From an uncultured Candidatus Peribacteria bacterium (GTDB lineage: Bacteria; Patescibacteriota; Gracilibacteria; UBA4473): DNA of 25,558 nucleotides. The stretch spans positions 1 to 25,558 of the forward strand of contig CAZBBI010000001.1 of NCBI GenBank assembly GCA_964490135.1, written 5' to 3'. Below the pieces are notes generated by a model. That model was not told the origin of the DNA. It saw only the letters and a list, made by a program, of their open reading frames with translations, and made no database searches. Position numbers and translations under genes: made by a program. Shown here in pieces: positions 16,577 to 24,453 of this stretch (position 1 is the first letter of the stretch; each line of letters opens with the position of its first letter).

Positions 16577-17481
16577 ATAATTTTTTGTTTTCTCAAAAAT
16601 AACCAAAACCCAAAAGATAAAATAATAAATAAAACGAATAATCCTAGATTTATTAGGATAAATGTTAGATGAGAGTTTTCCATTTTGTTGGAAATATTCA
16701 TTCCAAATATACCTGTAAAAAGAGCCAATAAAGCTAATATTCCGGTCACCATTGTGGCGATAAGATCAAATCGAATAATAGAATTTCGTCGGGTATTTAA
16801 TTTTAGAGTTATGATTTCTTGAGTGTCGTCAATATCTTCTTCTAGCCCCAAAAGTTTGTGTTTAATGTCCTCAATTTGTTCCAAATAAGATTCTAGAATT
16901 GATTCAACCTCATCTGTTTCTTTTTGTTTTATACTCAAATATAATTCTGCCAATTCTTCTTCGTCCTCTAAGACTTCTAAAGCGGCTGATTCGTTTTCTT
17001 CAACATTAATTTTAAATCGTGAGATTTTTTTCTTAAGTCGTAACAAATCCCACAAACTTTCTTCAGTGAATTTTTCTTCTATTTTATCGAGAAGCCCCTG
17101 AACGGACGTTTCAATCTTTTGAAATTTATTTAATGATTTTCTGGCTTTATAGTTTAGAGCAAATTCTAAAACTAAGAACTCAAACAGACTAGATCTGTCA
17201 TTCTTTTCTTCAATTGTTTGTTTCAGGTTTGGTATAAAAAAGTCTTTTATATCCCGCTGCCTTATATTTGAAACAAAAACTTTATCTGCGGTTAATACCA
17301 ATTTTATTTCTCCAAAATTCAAAATAATAGCGTGTTCTCGAGTCATAATAGTTGCCACTTGTTTCATCACAAAAACTGGACGCAAATCACGAAGATGAAC
17401 ACCAAGCTCTTGTGCTAAGTCTTTTCTCAATATGTGATGAGATTCTTTTTTTCCGTCTTTTGAAATAGTAATAATATTCAT
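16573..17481 (-). CDS. CorA/Mrs2-family Mg2+ transporter
   Basis: Two C-terminal TM helices with the GMN signature (TGIFGMN); N-terminal LGVHLRDLR resembles the Mrs2 subfamily. Confidence 0.9.
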   Translation of the reverse strand: MNIITISKDGKKESHHILRKDLAQELGVHLRDLRPVFVMKQVATIMTREHAIILNFGEIKLVLTADKVFVSNIRQRDIKDFFIPNLKQTIEEKNDRSSLFEFLVLEFALNYKARKSLNKFQKIETSVQGLLDKIEEKFTEESLWDLLRLKKKISRFKINVEENESAALEVLEDEEELAELYLSIKQKETDEVESILESYLEQIEDIKHKLLGLEEDIDDTQEIITLKLNTRRNSIIRFDLIATMVTGILALLALFTGIFGMNISNKMENSHLTFILINLGLFVLFIILSFGFWLFLRKQKII

Positions 17482-17491
17482 GGTATTCTAA

Positions 17492-18388
17492 CTAAAATAA
17501 TGCACTCTGAAAGGCTTGATTAAGCTTTAATCCTGGAGGAATTGGATCAAATTCTACCTGGTATCCATTTAAATCTTTGCTACAAATAGAAACAATTTCG
17601 TCAGGTAATTCTAAAATCAAAAAAGCCCCTCGTGCAGCTATAATACGACCAGAAACAGATTCACCGTTTTGTAGTTTTATAGTATGAAATGATTTGCTGT
17701 TATTTTTGATATTATCAAGGTTGTAAGTATTTCCCCAATGTTTGAATTCAGGATTTTTTAAAAAATAAGAATTTAAATTTTCATAATCATTTAAACAATT
17801 TTTATGTTTTTCAAAAACATCACGTAAGACTTCTTCGGTCCGTTCTATTGTGATTTCTGGGCAAATAAAATCCTTTTTTGTTGAAGCATTAACTTTATCT
17901 ATAAGCCCACTTTTTCGAAAAAGTGTTTCTATTTGTCTGGCCATAACTCCGTCAGTTGTTTGAGCTATATAAAGCGTTGCTTCGCTTCCTTGTTCGACTT
18001 GTCTCAAACTTTTTCGTTCTAATTTACTTACTCCAACTTTTATAATATTGGTATCAAAAAGGGCTAAATAGACTACATGTGGACCTTGTATTTGTGCCAA
18101 ATCTTCCGGTGTATAATTTGCTGTATTGAATCCATCAAAACTAGTAAAAATAAATCCTCCTTCTCGACCGCGACAAAACTCACATTTTTTCTTTCCCGGT
18201 GTTTGGTTTTGGCAAGGCTGAAATATTCCGTCTCGAACACTTCCAGCGCAAGAAACATCTGATTTAAGTGCCATAGAAAGATTATCTCCAATTTTTAATG
18301 GTTTTTTTGCAAATCGGTTCTCTAAAGCTGCCTGAAATTCAAATTCAGAATCATTGCTCCATCGAAAATCATATAAATGTACTTGCAT
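17492..18388 (-). CDS. DUF2797-like domain protein
   Basis: Cys cluster (CAG..CQ..CEFC), HVVYLA, IKVGVS, RQVEQGS; start uncertain (ATG 18388 or TTG 18442). Confidence 0.7.
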   Translation of the reverse strand: MQVHLYDFRWSNDSEFEFQAALENRFAKKPLKIGDNLSMALKSDVSCAGSVRDGIFQPCQNQTPGKKKCEFCRGREGGFIFTSFDGFNTANYTPEDLAQIQGPHVVYLALFDTNIIKVGVSKLERKSLRQVEQGSEATLYIAQTTDGVMARQIETLFRKSGLIDKVNASTKKDFICPEITIERTEEVLRDVFEKHKNCLNDYENLNSYFLKNPEFKHWGNTYNLDNIKNNSKSFHTIKLQNGESVSGRIIAARGAFLILELPDEIVSICSKDLNGYQVEFDPIPPGLKLNQAFQSALF

Positions 18389-18478
18389 AACTTTTTGAGG
18401 AAATAGCCACTGTAATTTAGAAAAAAACACGTCTAATGGCAAATGAAATCATTTTTTCTCGTTTTTTCTCGTTTTTTT

Positions 18479-18487
18479 TGGTATAAT
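18479..18487 (+). promoter_or_regulatory. Extended -10 promoter element
   Basis: TG-G-TATAAT, 40 nt upstream of the ATG at 18528. Confidence 0.5.
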
Positions 18488-18527
18488 CTGGAGATTAATC
18501 TACTCTTAGTCTAAGCTAAAGAAAAAA

Positions 18528-19472
18528 ATGAAGAAACTTAAGCGAAATGTATTTCTAGGTCTAAAAGAGTTTTTTTGGGGAAAAAAACATTTTCCTAGTA
18601 ATATAATTGTGACAGCTGCACATGGTAGTTATAAAATACCACTTTCTATTTTTCCAAAATTATCATCTTATTACAAAACCTCACCACGGTTATTGTTGAA
18701 TTTTTCTGACTATGGAACGAAATATTTAATAGAAAATGTTCCGTCAGAACAAAAGGTTATTCCTCAATATGGGAGGCTTATTGGAGATACAAATAGGGTC
18801 AAGGATTCTCCAGAACTTATACGTTTTAAAGATTTTGGTGGGAATAGGATTTTTTCTGAAAAATTCGAAAAAAGACTTACAACGTCTTGGTTTCATGCGT
18901 TTTGGTTAAATAAAATTCTAAAATTATCTTATAAACCTTTTTATAATAAAGTTTTTGAGGCGATTGAAAAAGCTGCTAAAAATAAAGAGAACGATGGAAA
19001 ACCAATATTTCTGATAGATGTGCATGATACTGGGAATTTGATACTTGGTTCTACAAAAAAAACAGACCGAAAAAGGAAAGGACTTTTCCAAATGCCAAAA
19101 GTTGTTATATCGAGTGCTCCAGATGAACAAGTTGATGAGGATTGTTTTGGTACAGCTCCAGAATATTTAACTGAGATCTTTCAAGAAAACCTAGCGAATA
19201 AACTAGGACTTGAACTAAGCGAAGTAAAAATAAATCATTTGTTTTACGGGGGGAATGTTGTCCGTTTTTTTGGTAATCCAAATAAAAACGATAGATTGAA
19301 AAAAATTTTGGGAAATAAAAAAATTTATGCAATTCAGATTGAATTTGATCGTGGGTTGTATATGAAAGAAGAGAGTCAACGTCCCATAAAATGGAAAGTT
19401 AAATCAATTAAAAGTGCTTTAATGGAGACGTTACGGGAACTTGAAAGTTCGATTATTAGTGTGGAGAAGTAA
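18528..19472 (+). CDS. N-formylglutamate amidohydrolase-like zinc hydrolase
   Basis: TAAHGS, LIDVHD, IQIEFDRGLYM motifs. Confidence 0.7.
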   Translation: MKKLKRNVFLGLKEFFWGKKHFPSNIIVTAAHGSYKIPLSIFPKLSSYYKTSPRLLLNFSDYGTKYLIENVPSEQKVIPQYGRLIGDTNRVKDSPELIRFKDFGGNRIFSEKFEKRLTTSWFHAFWLNKILKLSYKPFYNKVFEAIEKAAKNKENDGKPIFLIDVHDTGNLILGSTKKTDRKRKGLFQMPKVVISSAPDEQVDEDCFGTAPEYLTEIFQENLANKLGLELSEVKINHLFYGGNVVRFFGNPNKNDRLKKILGNKKIYAIQIEFDRGLYMKEESQRPIKWKVKSIKSALMETLRELESSIISVEK

Positions 19473-19474
19473 AA

Positions 19475-19838
19475 GCTCTTTTTGCGTAAGCCGAGTTTTG
19501 TTAACTATATCATTTATCTTACTCCCGAAAATTGCTTTTCGGTTTCTAGCCGCGAGACAAAATATTAGTCAAAGCTGGAATAATACAACTCTTAATATTT
19601 TGGCCACTCGCGTTTCCACACCTTGAGTTTTAAATACTTCAATCTTGCGAATGAAGCACTACCGAGAATGACCTCGATAAAATTTCATCGACCCCCCGCC
19701 GAAGCGGGGTCGTATATTTTCTGCTTCACTTTTCCTATCACGCTTACACGTGATGATCGGCTGTTAACCGTAAAGTCTTTATTCATGTGGCTCGGACTTT
19801 CCTCCCCACAGATGTGAGGCGATATATACAAAAAGAGC
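19475..19838 (-). ncRNA. rnpB: RNase P RNA (type A)
   Basis: Minus strand GAGGAAAGTCCGAG and AAAACTCGGCTTA (P4 halves); P1 GCTCTTTTTG/CAAAAAGAGC; P2 TATATC/GATATA; P12 with a cUUCGg loop; P18 CCGAAAA-GCAA-TTTTCGG. Confidence 0.96.
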
Positions 19839-19945
19839 ATGTCTATTAATACCAAAGAGTATGTCTAAAATCTACTAAAAAATGACTTTTTACTGTTTTT
19901 CAGGATTTTTTTATTGATTTTCGTTCGGTTGATCAAATAATCTTT

Positions 19946-19973
19946 TTGACAATAAAAATAATATACTTATCAT
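19946..19973 (+). promoter_or_regulatory. Putative sigma70 promoter of rpsP-khpA
   Basis: TTGACA-N16-TATCAT, 28 nt before the ATG. Confidence 0.5.
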
Positions 19974-20001
19974 CGCGAGTGAAAATTAACTTATTTTATG
20001 A

Positions 20002-20418
20002 ATGTTAAAAATTAGATTAGCACGGCGAGGACGGAAAAAACAAGCATTTTACGATGTTGTAGTAGCTGAAAAGGCTCGTGCAGTACAAAAAAAGTATGTT
20101 GCAAAATTAGGATATTACAATCCTCTTACTAAGGGAGGTGAAGGAGAACTAGTTATCGATAAAGAGGCTGTTGTAAAGTACATTAATAATGGAGCAGAGC
20201 CATCACAAACAGCGGCTCGATTGTTAGTAAAAAATGGAATTAAGGAAGCTGGGAAGTTTATAGCAAAACGAGTTTCAAAGCCTAAAAAAGATAAGGTGAA
20301 TGCCGAAGGCAAAGAGGATGCCCTGGGGCAAGCACCCAAGCCAGACCCTAAAGAGGAAGAACCAGCTGAAGAAAAAGTAGAGGTTGCTGAAAAAGAAGAT
20401 ACAGCAAAAAGCGAATAA
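20002..20418 (+). CDS. rpsP: 30S ribosomal protein S16 with an acidic C-terminal extension
   Basis: MLKIRLARRGRKKQAFYDVVV, LGYYNP, GAEPSQTA. Confidence 0.96.
   Translation: MLKIRLARRGRKKQAFYDVVVAEKARAVQKKYVAKLGYYNPLTKGGEGELVIDKEAVVKYINNGAEPSQTAARLLVKNGIKEAGKFIAKRVSKPKKDKVNAEGKEDALGQAPKPDPKEEEPAEEKVEVAEKEDTAKSE
20293..20330 (+). repeat. 38-nt GC-rich two-hairpin repeat, copy 2 (in-frame within the rpsP tail)
   Basis: AAGGTGAA TGCC-GAA-GGCA AAGAGGA TGCC-CTGG-GGCA; 32/38 identical to 9341-9378. Confidence 0.8.
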
Positions 20419-20457
20419 AAACTTTTTTATAAACGTAAAAACTAATAGTATATTTTT

Positions 20458-20715
20458 ATGACAGCAGAAAAGCAGGCTCTCGATTTTGTTCGATATATTT
20501 TAGAACAGTTTTGTGAAGATAAAGAGACTATTACCTTGGATCAAACAAAAGATGATCTTGGTGTTTTGATTACAATACAAATCCCTGAAAAAGATATGGG
20601 AAGACTTATTGGGAAAAAAGGGCAAACAATCTCTGCTATCAGAACATTGGTTCGTGTTATTGGAGCACGAGAAAATGAAAGAATTAACTTGAAAGTTATT
20701 GAGCCTTCGGATTAA
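20458..20715 (+). CDS. khpA: KH-domain RNA-binding protein KhpA
   Basis: DMGRLIGKKGQTISAIR GxxG loop; directly after rpsP. Confidence 0.92.
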   Translation: MTAEKQALDFVRYILEQFCEDKETITLDQTKDDLGVLITIQIPEKDMGRLIGKKGQTISAIRTLVRVIGARENERINLKVIEPSD

Positions 20716-20750
20716 AATAACGGTGTTTTATATTTTATATCAAAGTTATA

Positions 20751-21233
20751 ATGCAAGAGGATATGGTGATTCCAGCAGTGCCAGCAGATTTTGAATATCC
20801 TACAAATGTAGAATATTTATCTGATTCAGCAGGATATACAACTGGTGGTTCAGGTCTTTCTGTAAACACAGTGGCGTCTCCTGATATTACAACGATTCAA
20901 AACTTGGAATTAATGGATCTAGTGCAAATGTTTATTGTTTATGCTTTTATTATAGCGGCAGCTTTATCAGCTGTTTTTATTTTTGTTGGAGGTGTTTCTT
21001 TTATACTTTCAGGGGGAGAAGATGAAAAAATAAAAAGAGCTATTAATACCATTAGATATGCTATTATTGGATTAATTGTGACTATTCTTAGTTTTACTGT
21101 TGTTACTATTATAGGAAGAATGTTTGGATTAAATTTCTTGGATTATCTTTCTTATGGACAGATAAGAGAATCAATTGAGAGATTGGTTAAAACAGGAGAA
21201 AAGCCTAGTGGTAATTTTGATATTCAGAGATAA
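20751..21233 (+). CDS. CPR-type pilin-like membrane protein (TrbC/VirB2-like)
   Basis: Two-helix hairpin VFIFVGGVSFILSGGEDEKIKRAINTIRYAIIGLIV matches the pattern GG..I.S.G...K...A...I..A.IGL. Confidence 0.7.
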   Translation: MQEDMVIPAVPADFEYPTNVEYLSDSAGYTTGGSGLSVNTVASPDITTIQNLELMDLVQMFIVYAFIIAAALSAVFIFVGGVSFILSGGEDEKIKRAINTIRYAIIGLIVTILSFTVVTIIGRMFGLNFLDYLSYGQIRESIERLVKTGEKPSGNFDIQR

Positions 21234-21283
21234 TTTATATTAAGTTTTTTCATTGAAGTTGTTACTAACTTTTTAAATTACTT

Positions 21284-21916
21284 ATGAAATATCATTTAAA
21301 CTGGTTTTTTGAAGCATTATTTCCCCCCAAATGTTTGGTTTGTAAAAAAGAAGGAGATTATTTGTGTCAAACTCATTATAAATTTGAAAAAGCACCTTTA
21401 AACGCTGCTACGTTTCAGTTTTTAGATGATGTTTTTGCTAGTACAAAATATTTTTCAATTCCAACAGAGACAATAATTACTAATTTTAAATATAAAGGAA
21501 TTAAAGATTTATCAGATATTATGGCAACAGAAATTTTAAAAAATATTCCTGAAAAGTTTTTAAAAAATACAGTTTTAATTCCAATTCCACTGCACTGGAC
21601 AAGAAAATTTTGGCGAGGTTTTAATCAGGCTGAAATGTTAGTCAATTCCTTAAAACAAAAAAATCCAAAATTTAAAATATTAAAAAACCTCAAAAGGAAA
21701 AAAAGAACTGCACAACAAGCTAAGTTAGGAAAAGAAAGACGGGTTAAGAATATGAAATCAGCGTTTTTGTGGACTGGGGAAACCATTCCCTCAAATGTTA
21801 TCCTAGTTGATGATGTGGTGGCAAGTGGTACAACACTTGAATCGGCAGCAAAAACATTGAAACAAGTTGGAGTAGATAAAGTTTATGGACTTGTTTTTGC
21901 TCGTGGAGGAAAGTGA
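21284..21916 (+). CDS. comF: ComF family competence protein (zinc ribbon plus PRTase domain)
   Basis: FPPKCLVC..LC, PIPLHWTR..RGFNQA, ILVDDVVASGTT. Confidence 0.92.
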   Translation: MKYHLNWFFEALFPPKCLVCKKEGDYLCQTHYKFEKAPLNAATFQFLDDVFASTKYFSIPTETIITNFKYKGIKDLSDIMATEILKNIPEKFLKNTVLIPIPLHWTRKFWRGFNQAEMLVNSLKQKNPKFKILKNLKRKKRTAQQAKLGKERRVKNMKSAFLWTGETIPSNVILVDDVVASGTTLESAAKTLKQVGVDKVYGLVFARGGK

Positions 21917-22026
21917 GGAATTAAGATAATATTAAGTATTTGCCTCCTACTAAAAGATTATTCTTATTTTAGTTTGACAGGATTATTTCGGAAGATTAGA
22001 AAGAAGGAAGTATTTTTATATGGAAA

Positions 22027-23406
22027 ATGGAAAAAGAAAAAACAATTGATGAAAATTTTGATATTATTTTAGCAGAGCTAAATGAAGATGCGTTTGAGAG
22101 CGGAGAATCTATTAAGATGAGCTTAACAACGGCCCTTGCTACAATAAAGGTTGAGTTTAGTGAATTACCGGAAGATATAGGCGAAAATCTTTTAAATATT
22201 GGAATTGTTACCCAACAAGCTAATGAAAAATAAAATATACCTACAAAAAATTATATTAGTTTTTTTATTCTTTCTGAGGATGGTACAACCGGGACACATT
22301 TTATCTTAGATAAAACCTTTAACTGTTTACAAGACCAAAGTGGTACAGATGAAGATGAGGTAACAATAATACAAGATGAAACTATGCTAAAAAATCGTGA
22401 TTCTGCTATAAGGCAGGCTCCAACTAAAGATCGAATAAACCCTGAAAAAGAAATCAGTTTCCGCTATAGAGAGGGAGAGATAATTAGAGATTCTCGAGGA
22501 AAAGCTTCCTTTTATAATCTTGAAGACGGTCGGACATTTGTAATTACAAATGGAACTCTAGAATATGTAACAAAAGAAAAACTTGCAGAAAGATTGAACC
22601 AAGAAAAACAGCTCTTGGAACAGCAATTAGATAATCAAGAAAAATCACTAAAGAAAAACAATAAACCGGAAGAAGCTATTGATTTTGTAATGAGTCAAGT
22701 ACAAGAAATGCAAGAACAATTAAAGAGTTTATTAATGGTTGTAGATGATTTGAAAAAAGAAAAAGCAATTGCAATTGAATATACCGGGATAGAAAGAAGG
22801 CAGAGATTGGACGTAGAAGAAAAACTTAAAGCAGTGAAAAGAAGTGAGGCTCAGTTGGCAAGAACAAATGAAAAATTAGAAGAATTAGCTCTTTTGGATG
22901 GGCTCACGGGTCTTTATAATCGACGATCCTTTAATGATGATATTAAAGATAATTTACGAGAATCAGAAAGAACTGAGGAAAACGTAGCGCTTTTGTTTAT
23001 TGATATTGATCATTTCAAGAAATTTAATGATAATTATGGACATAATATAGGTGATTTAACTCTTCGTGAAGTATCAAAAACTATTGAAACAAATGTTCGA
23101 GCAGGAGAAAAAATTTATCGTTATGGAGGAGAGGAATTTATTGTAATTTGTAAGGGTGGGGATCCTCAAATATTAGCAGAAAGAATACTTGAAACTGTTT
23201 CATTGCTTGATTTAAACGCCTGTACCAACGCACAAAATAATTTACCAAATGTTACTGTTTCAATCGGGGTGGCAACTGCCTCCAAAGAACATGATACGCA
23301 TGGGGCTGATTCATTGCAAAAAGCAGCAGATGAGGCTCTTTATAGGGCGAAAGGAAATGGGCGAAATCAAGTAGTCTATGATAAAAGTGTGCCTCAAAAA
23401 AAATAA
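22027..23406 (+). pseudogene. Possible full-length (459-codon) diguanylate cyclase gene interrupted by one in-frame TAA at 22231-22233
   Basis: The track's 68-aa ORF and the 340-aa GGDEF ORF share a frame, and the 50 codons between them (NIPTKNYISFFILSEDG...QDET) contain no stop. Confidence 0.6.
22384..23406 (+). CDS. Coiled-coil plus GGDEF diguanylate cyclase (C-terminal part of the interrupted frame)
   Basis: DGLTGLYNRR, IDIDHFKKFNDNYGHNIGD, RYGGEEF, TVSIGVA, ADEALYRAK.GRN. Confidence 0.9.
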   Translation: MLKNRDSAIRQAPTKDRINPEKEISFRYREGEIIRDSRGKASFYNLEDGRTFVITNGTLEYVTKEKLAERLNQEKQLLEQQLDNQEKSLKKNNKPEEAIDFVMSQVQEMQEQLKSLLMVVDDLKKEKAIAIEYTGIERRQRLDVEEKLKAVKRSEAQLARTNEKLEELALLDGLTGLYNRRSFNDDIKDNLRESERTEENVALLFIDIDHFKKFNDNYGHNIGDLTLREVSKTIETNVRAGEKIYRYGGEEFIVICKGGDPQILAERILETVSLLDLNACTNAQNNLPNVTVSIGVATASKEHDTHGADSLQKAADEALYRAKGNGRNQVVYDKSVPQKK

Positions 23407-23519
23407 CAATTTTAATATTGAAGAATTTCTTCATAAACTATTAATCACATCATATTTAATTGGTCTTTTTCAGTTTATCTTTATAATCAGAATTGCAATT
23501 AACTAAAATAAAGAAAATA

Positions 23520-24443
23520 ATGAAAAAAGAAAAATGTATTATTCTCGGATCAGGTCCATCAGGACTTACTGCAGCTATTTATACGGCTAGAGCAAATCTG
23601 AGTCCATTGGTTTTTGAAGGGACTGCTCCAGGTGGGCAATTAATGGGGACAACAGACGTAGAGAATTTTCCTGGATTCCCAGAGGGGATTGTAGGACCTC
23701 AACTTATAAATAACATGCGGGAACAAGCTAAAAAGTTTGGAGCTCGTACAGAATTTAAAAATATTGATCGAGTAGATTTTTCTGACGAAAAAAATCTTAA
23801 ACTTTATGTTGGAGATGAAAAATTTGTAACAGAAAGTGTGATTATTGCGACAGGAGCTTCGGCAAGATGGTTAAATCTTGAAAAAGGAGAAGAAAAGTAT
23901 TGGGGAAAGGGATATACGGCTTGTGCAACTTGTGATGCAGCTTTTTTCAGAGAAAAAACAGTAGCAGTTGTCGGTGGGGGTGATTCTGCTTGTGAGGAAG
24001 CAATGTTTTTGACAAAATTTGCTTCAAAAGTTTATCTGCTTCATCGAAGAGATGCACTTCGAGCCAGTGAGCCAATGATTGCTCGTGTAAAAGAAAATGA
24101 GAAAATTGAAATAATTTGGAATACATCTGTTTCAGATCTTCGTGGAGAACCAATTTTATCAAGCGTAGAATTAACCGACACACAGACTGAAGAAAAATCA
24201 GAATTAGAAATAAATGGTTTGTTTATGGCAATTGGACATACTCCAAATACGAAATTCCTCGAAGGACAAATTGATCTTGGAAAAGGTGGGTATATAGATG
24301 TTACGAATCATACGAAAACTAATATACCATCAGTTTTTGTATCAGGAGATGTTGCAGACTATCGTTATCAGCAAGCAATCACTGCTGCGGGTGCAGGATG
24401 TATGGCGGCAATTGATGTAGAGACCTTTTTGGCAGAAAATTAA
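23520..24443 (+). CDS. trxB: Thioredoxin reductase
   Basis: GSGPSG, GGQL..TTDVENFPG, CATCD, GGGDSA, GDVAD..YQQAITAAG; start ATG 23520. Confidence 0.96.
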   Translation: MKKEKCIILGSGPSGLTAAIYTARANLSPLVFEGTAPGGQLMGTTDVENFPGFPEGIVGPQLINNMREQAKKFGARTEFKNIDRVDFSDEKNLKLYVGDEKFVTESVIIATGASARWLNLEKGEEKYWGKGYTACATCDAAFFREKTVAVVGGGDSACEEAMFLTKFASKVYLLHRRDALRASEPMIARVKENEKIEIIWNTSVSDLRGEPILSSVELTDTQTEEKSELEINGLFMAIGHTPNTKFLEGQIDLGKGGYIDVTNHTKTNIPSVFVSGDVADYRYQQAITAAGAGCMAAIDVETFLAEN

Positions 24444-24453
24444 TTAAAAAAAT

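Noticed and set aside
19690-19712. GC-rich hairpin ACCCCCCGCCGAAGCGGGGTC as a third repeat copy or a terminator
   Set aside because: It is the P12 helix (cUUCGg loop) of rnpB on the minus strand
19441-19817. ORFs 19441-19626 and 19623-19817
   Set aside because: They are antisense to the RNase P RNA, which fully explains the region
21974-22002. TTGACA-N17-TAGAAA as a promoter for the GGDEF frame
   Set aside because: The -10 box lacks the conserved final T; too weak to call
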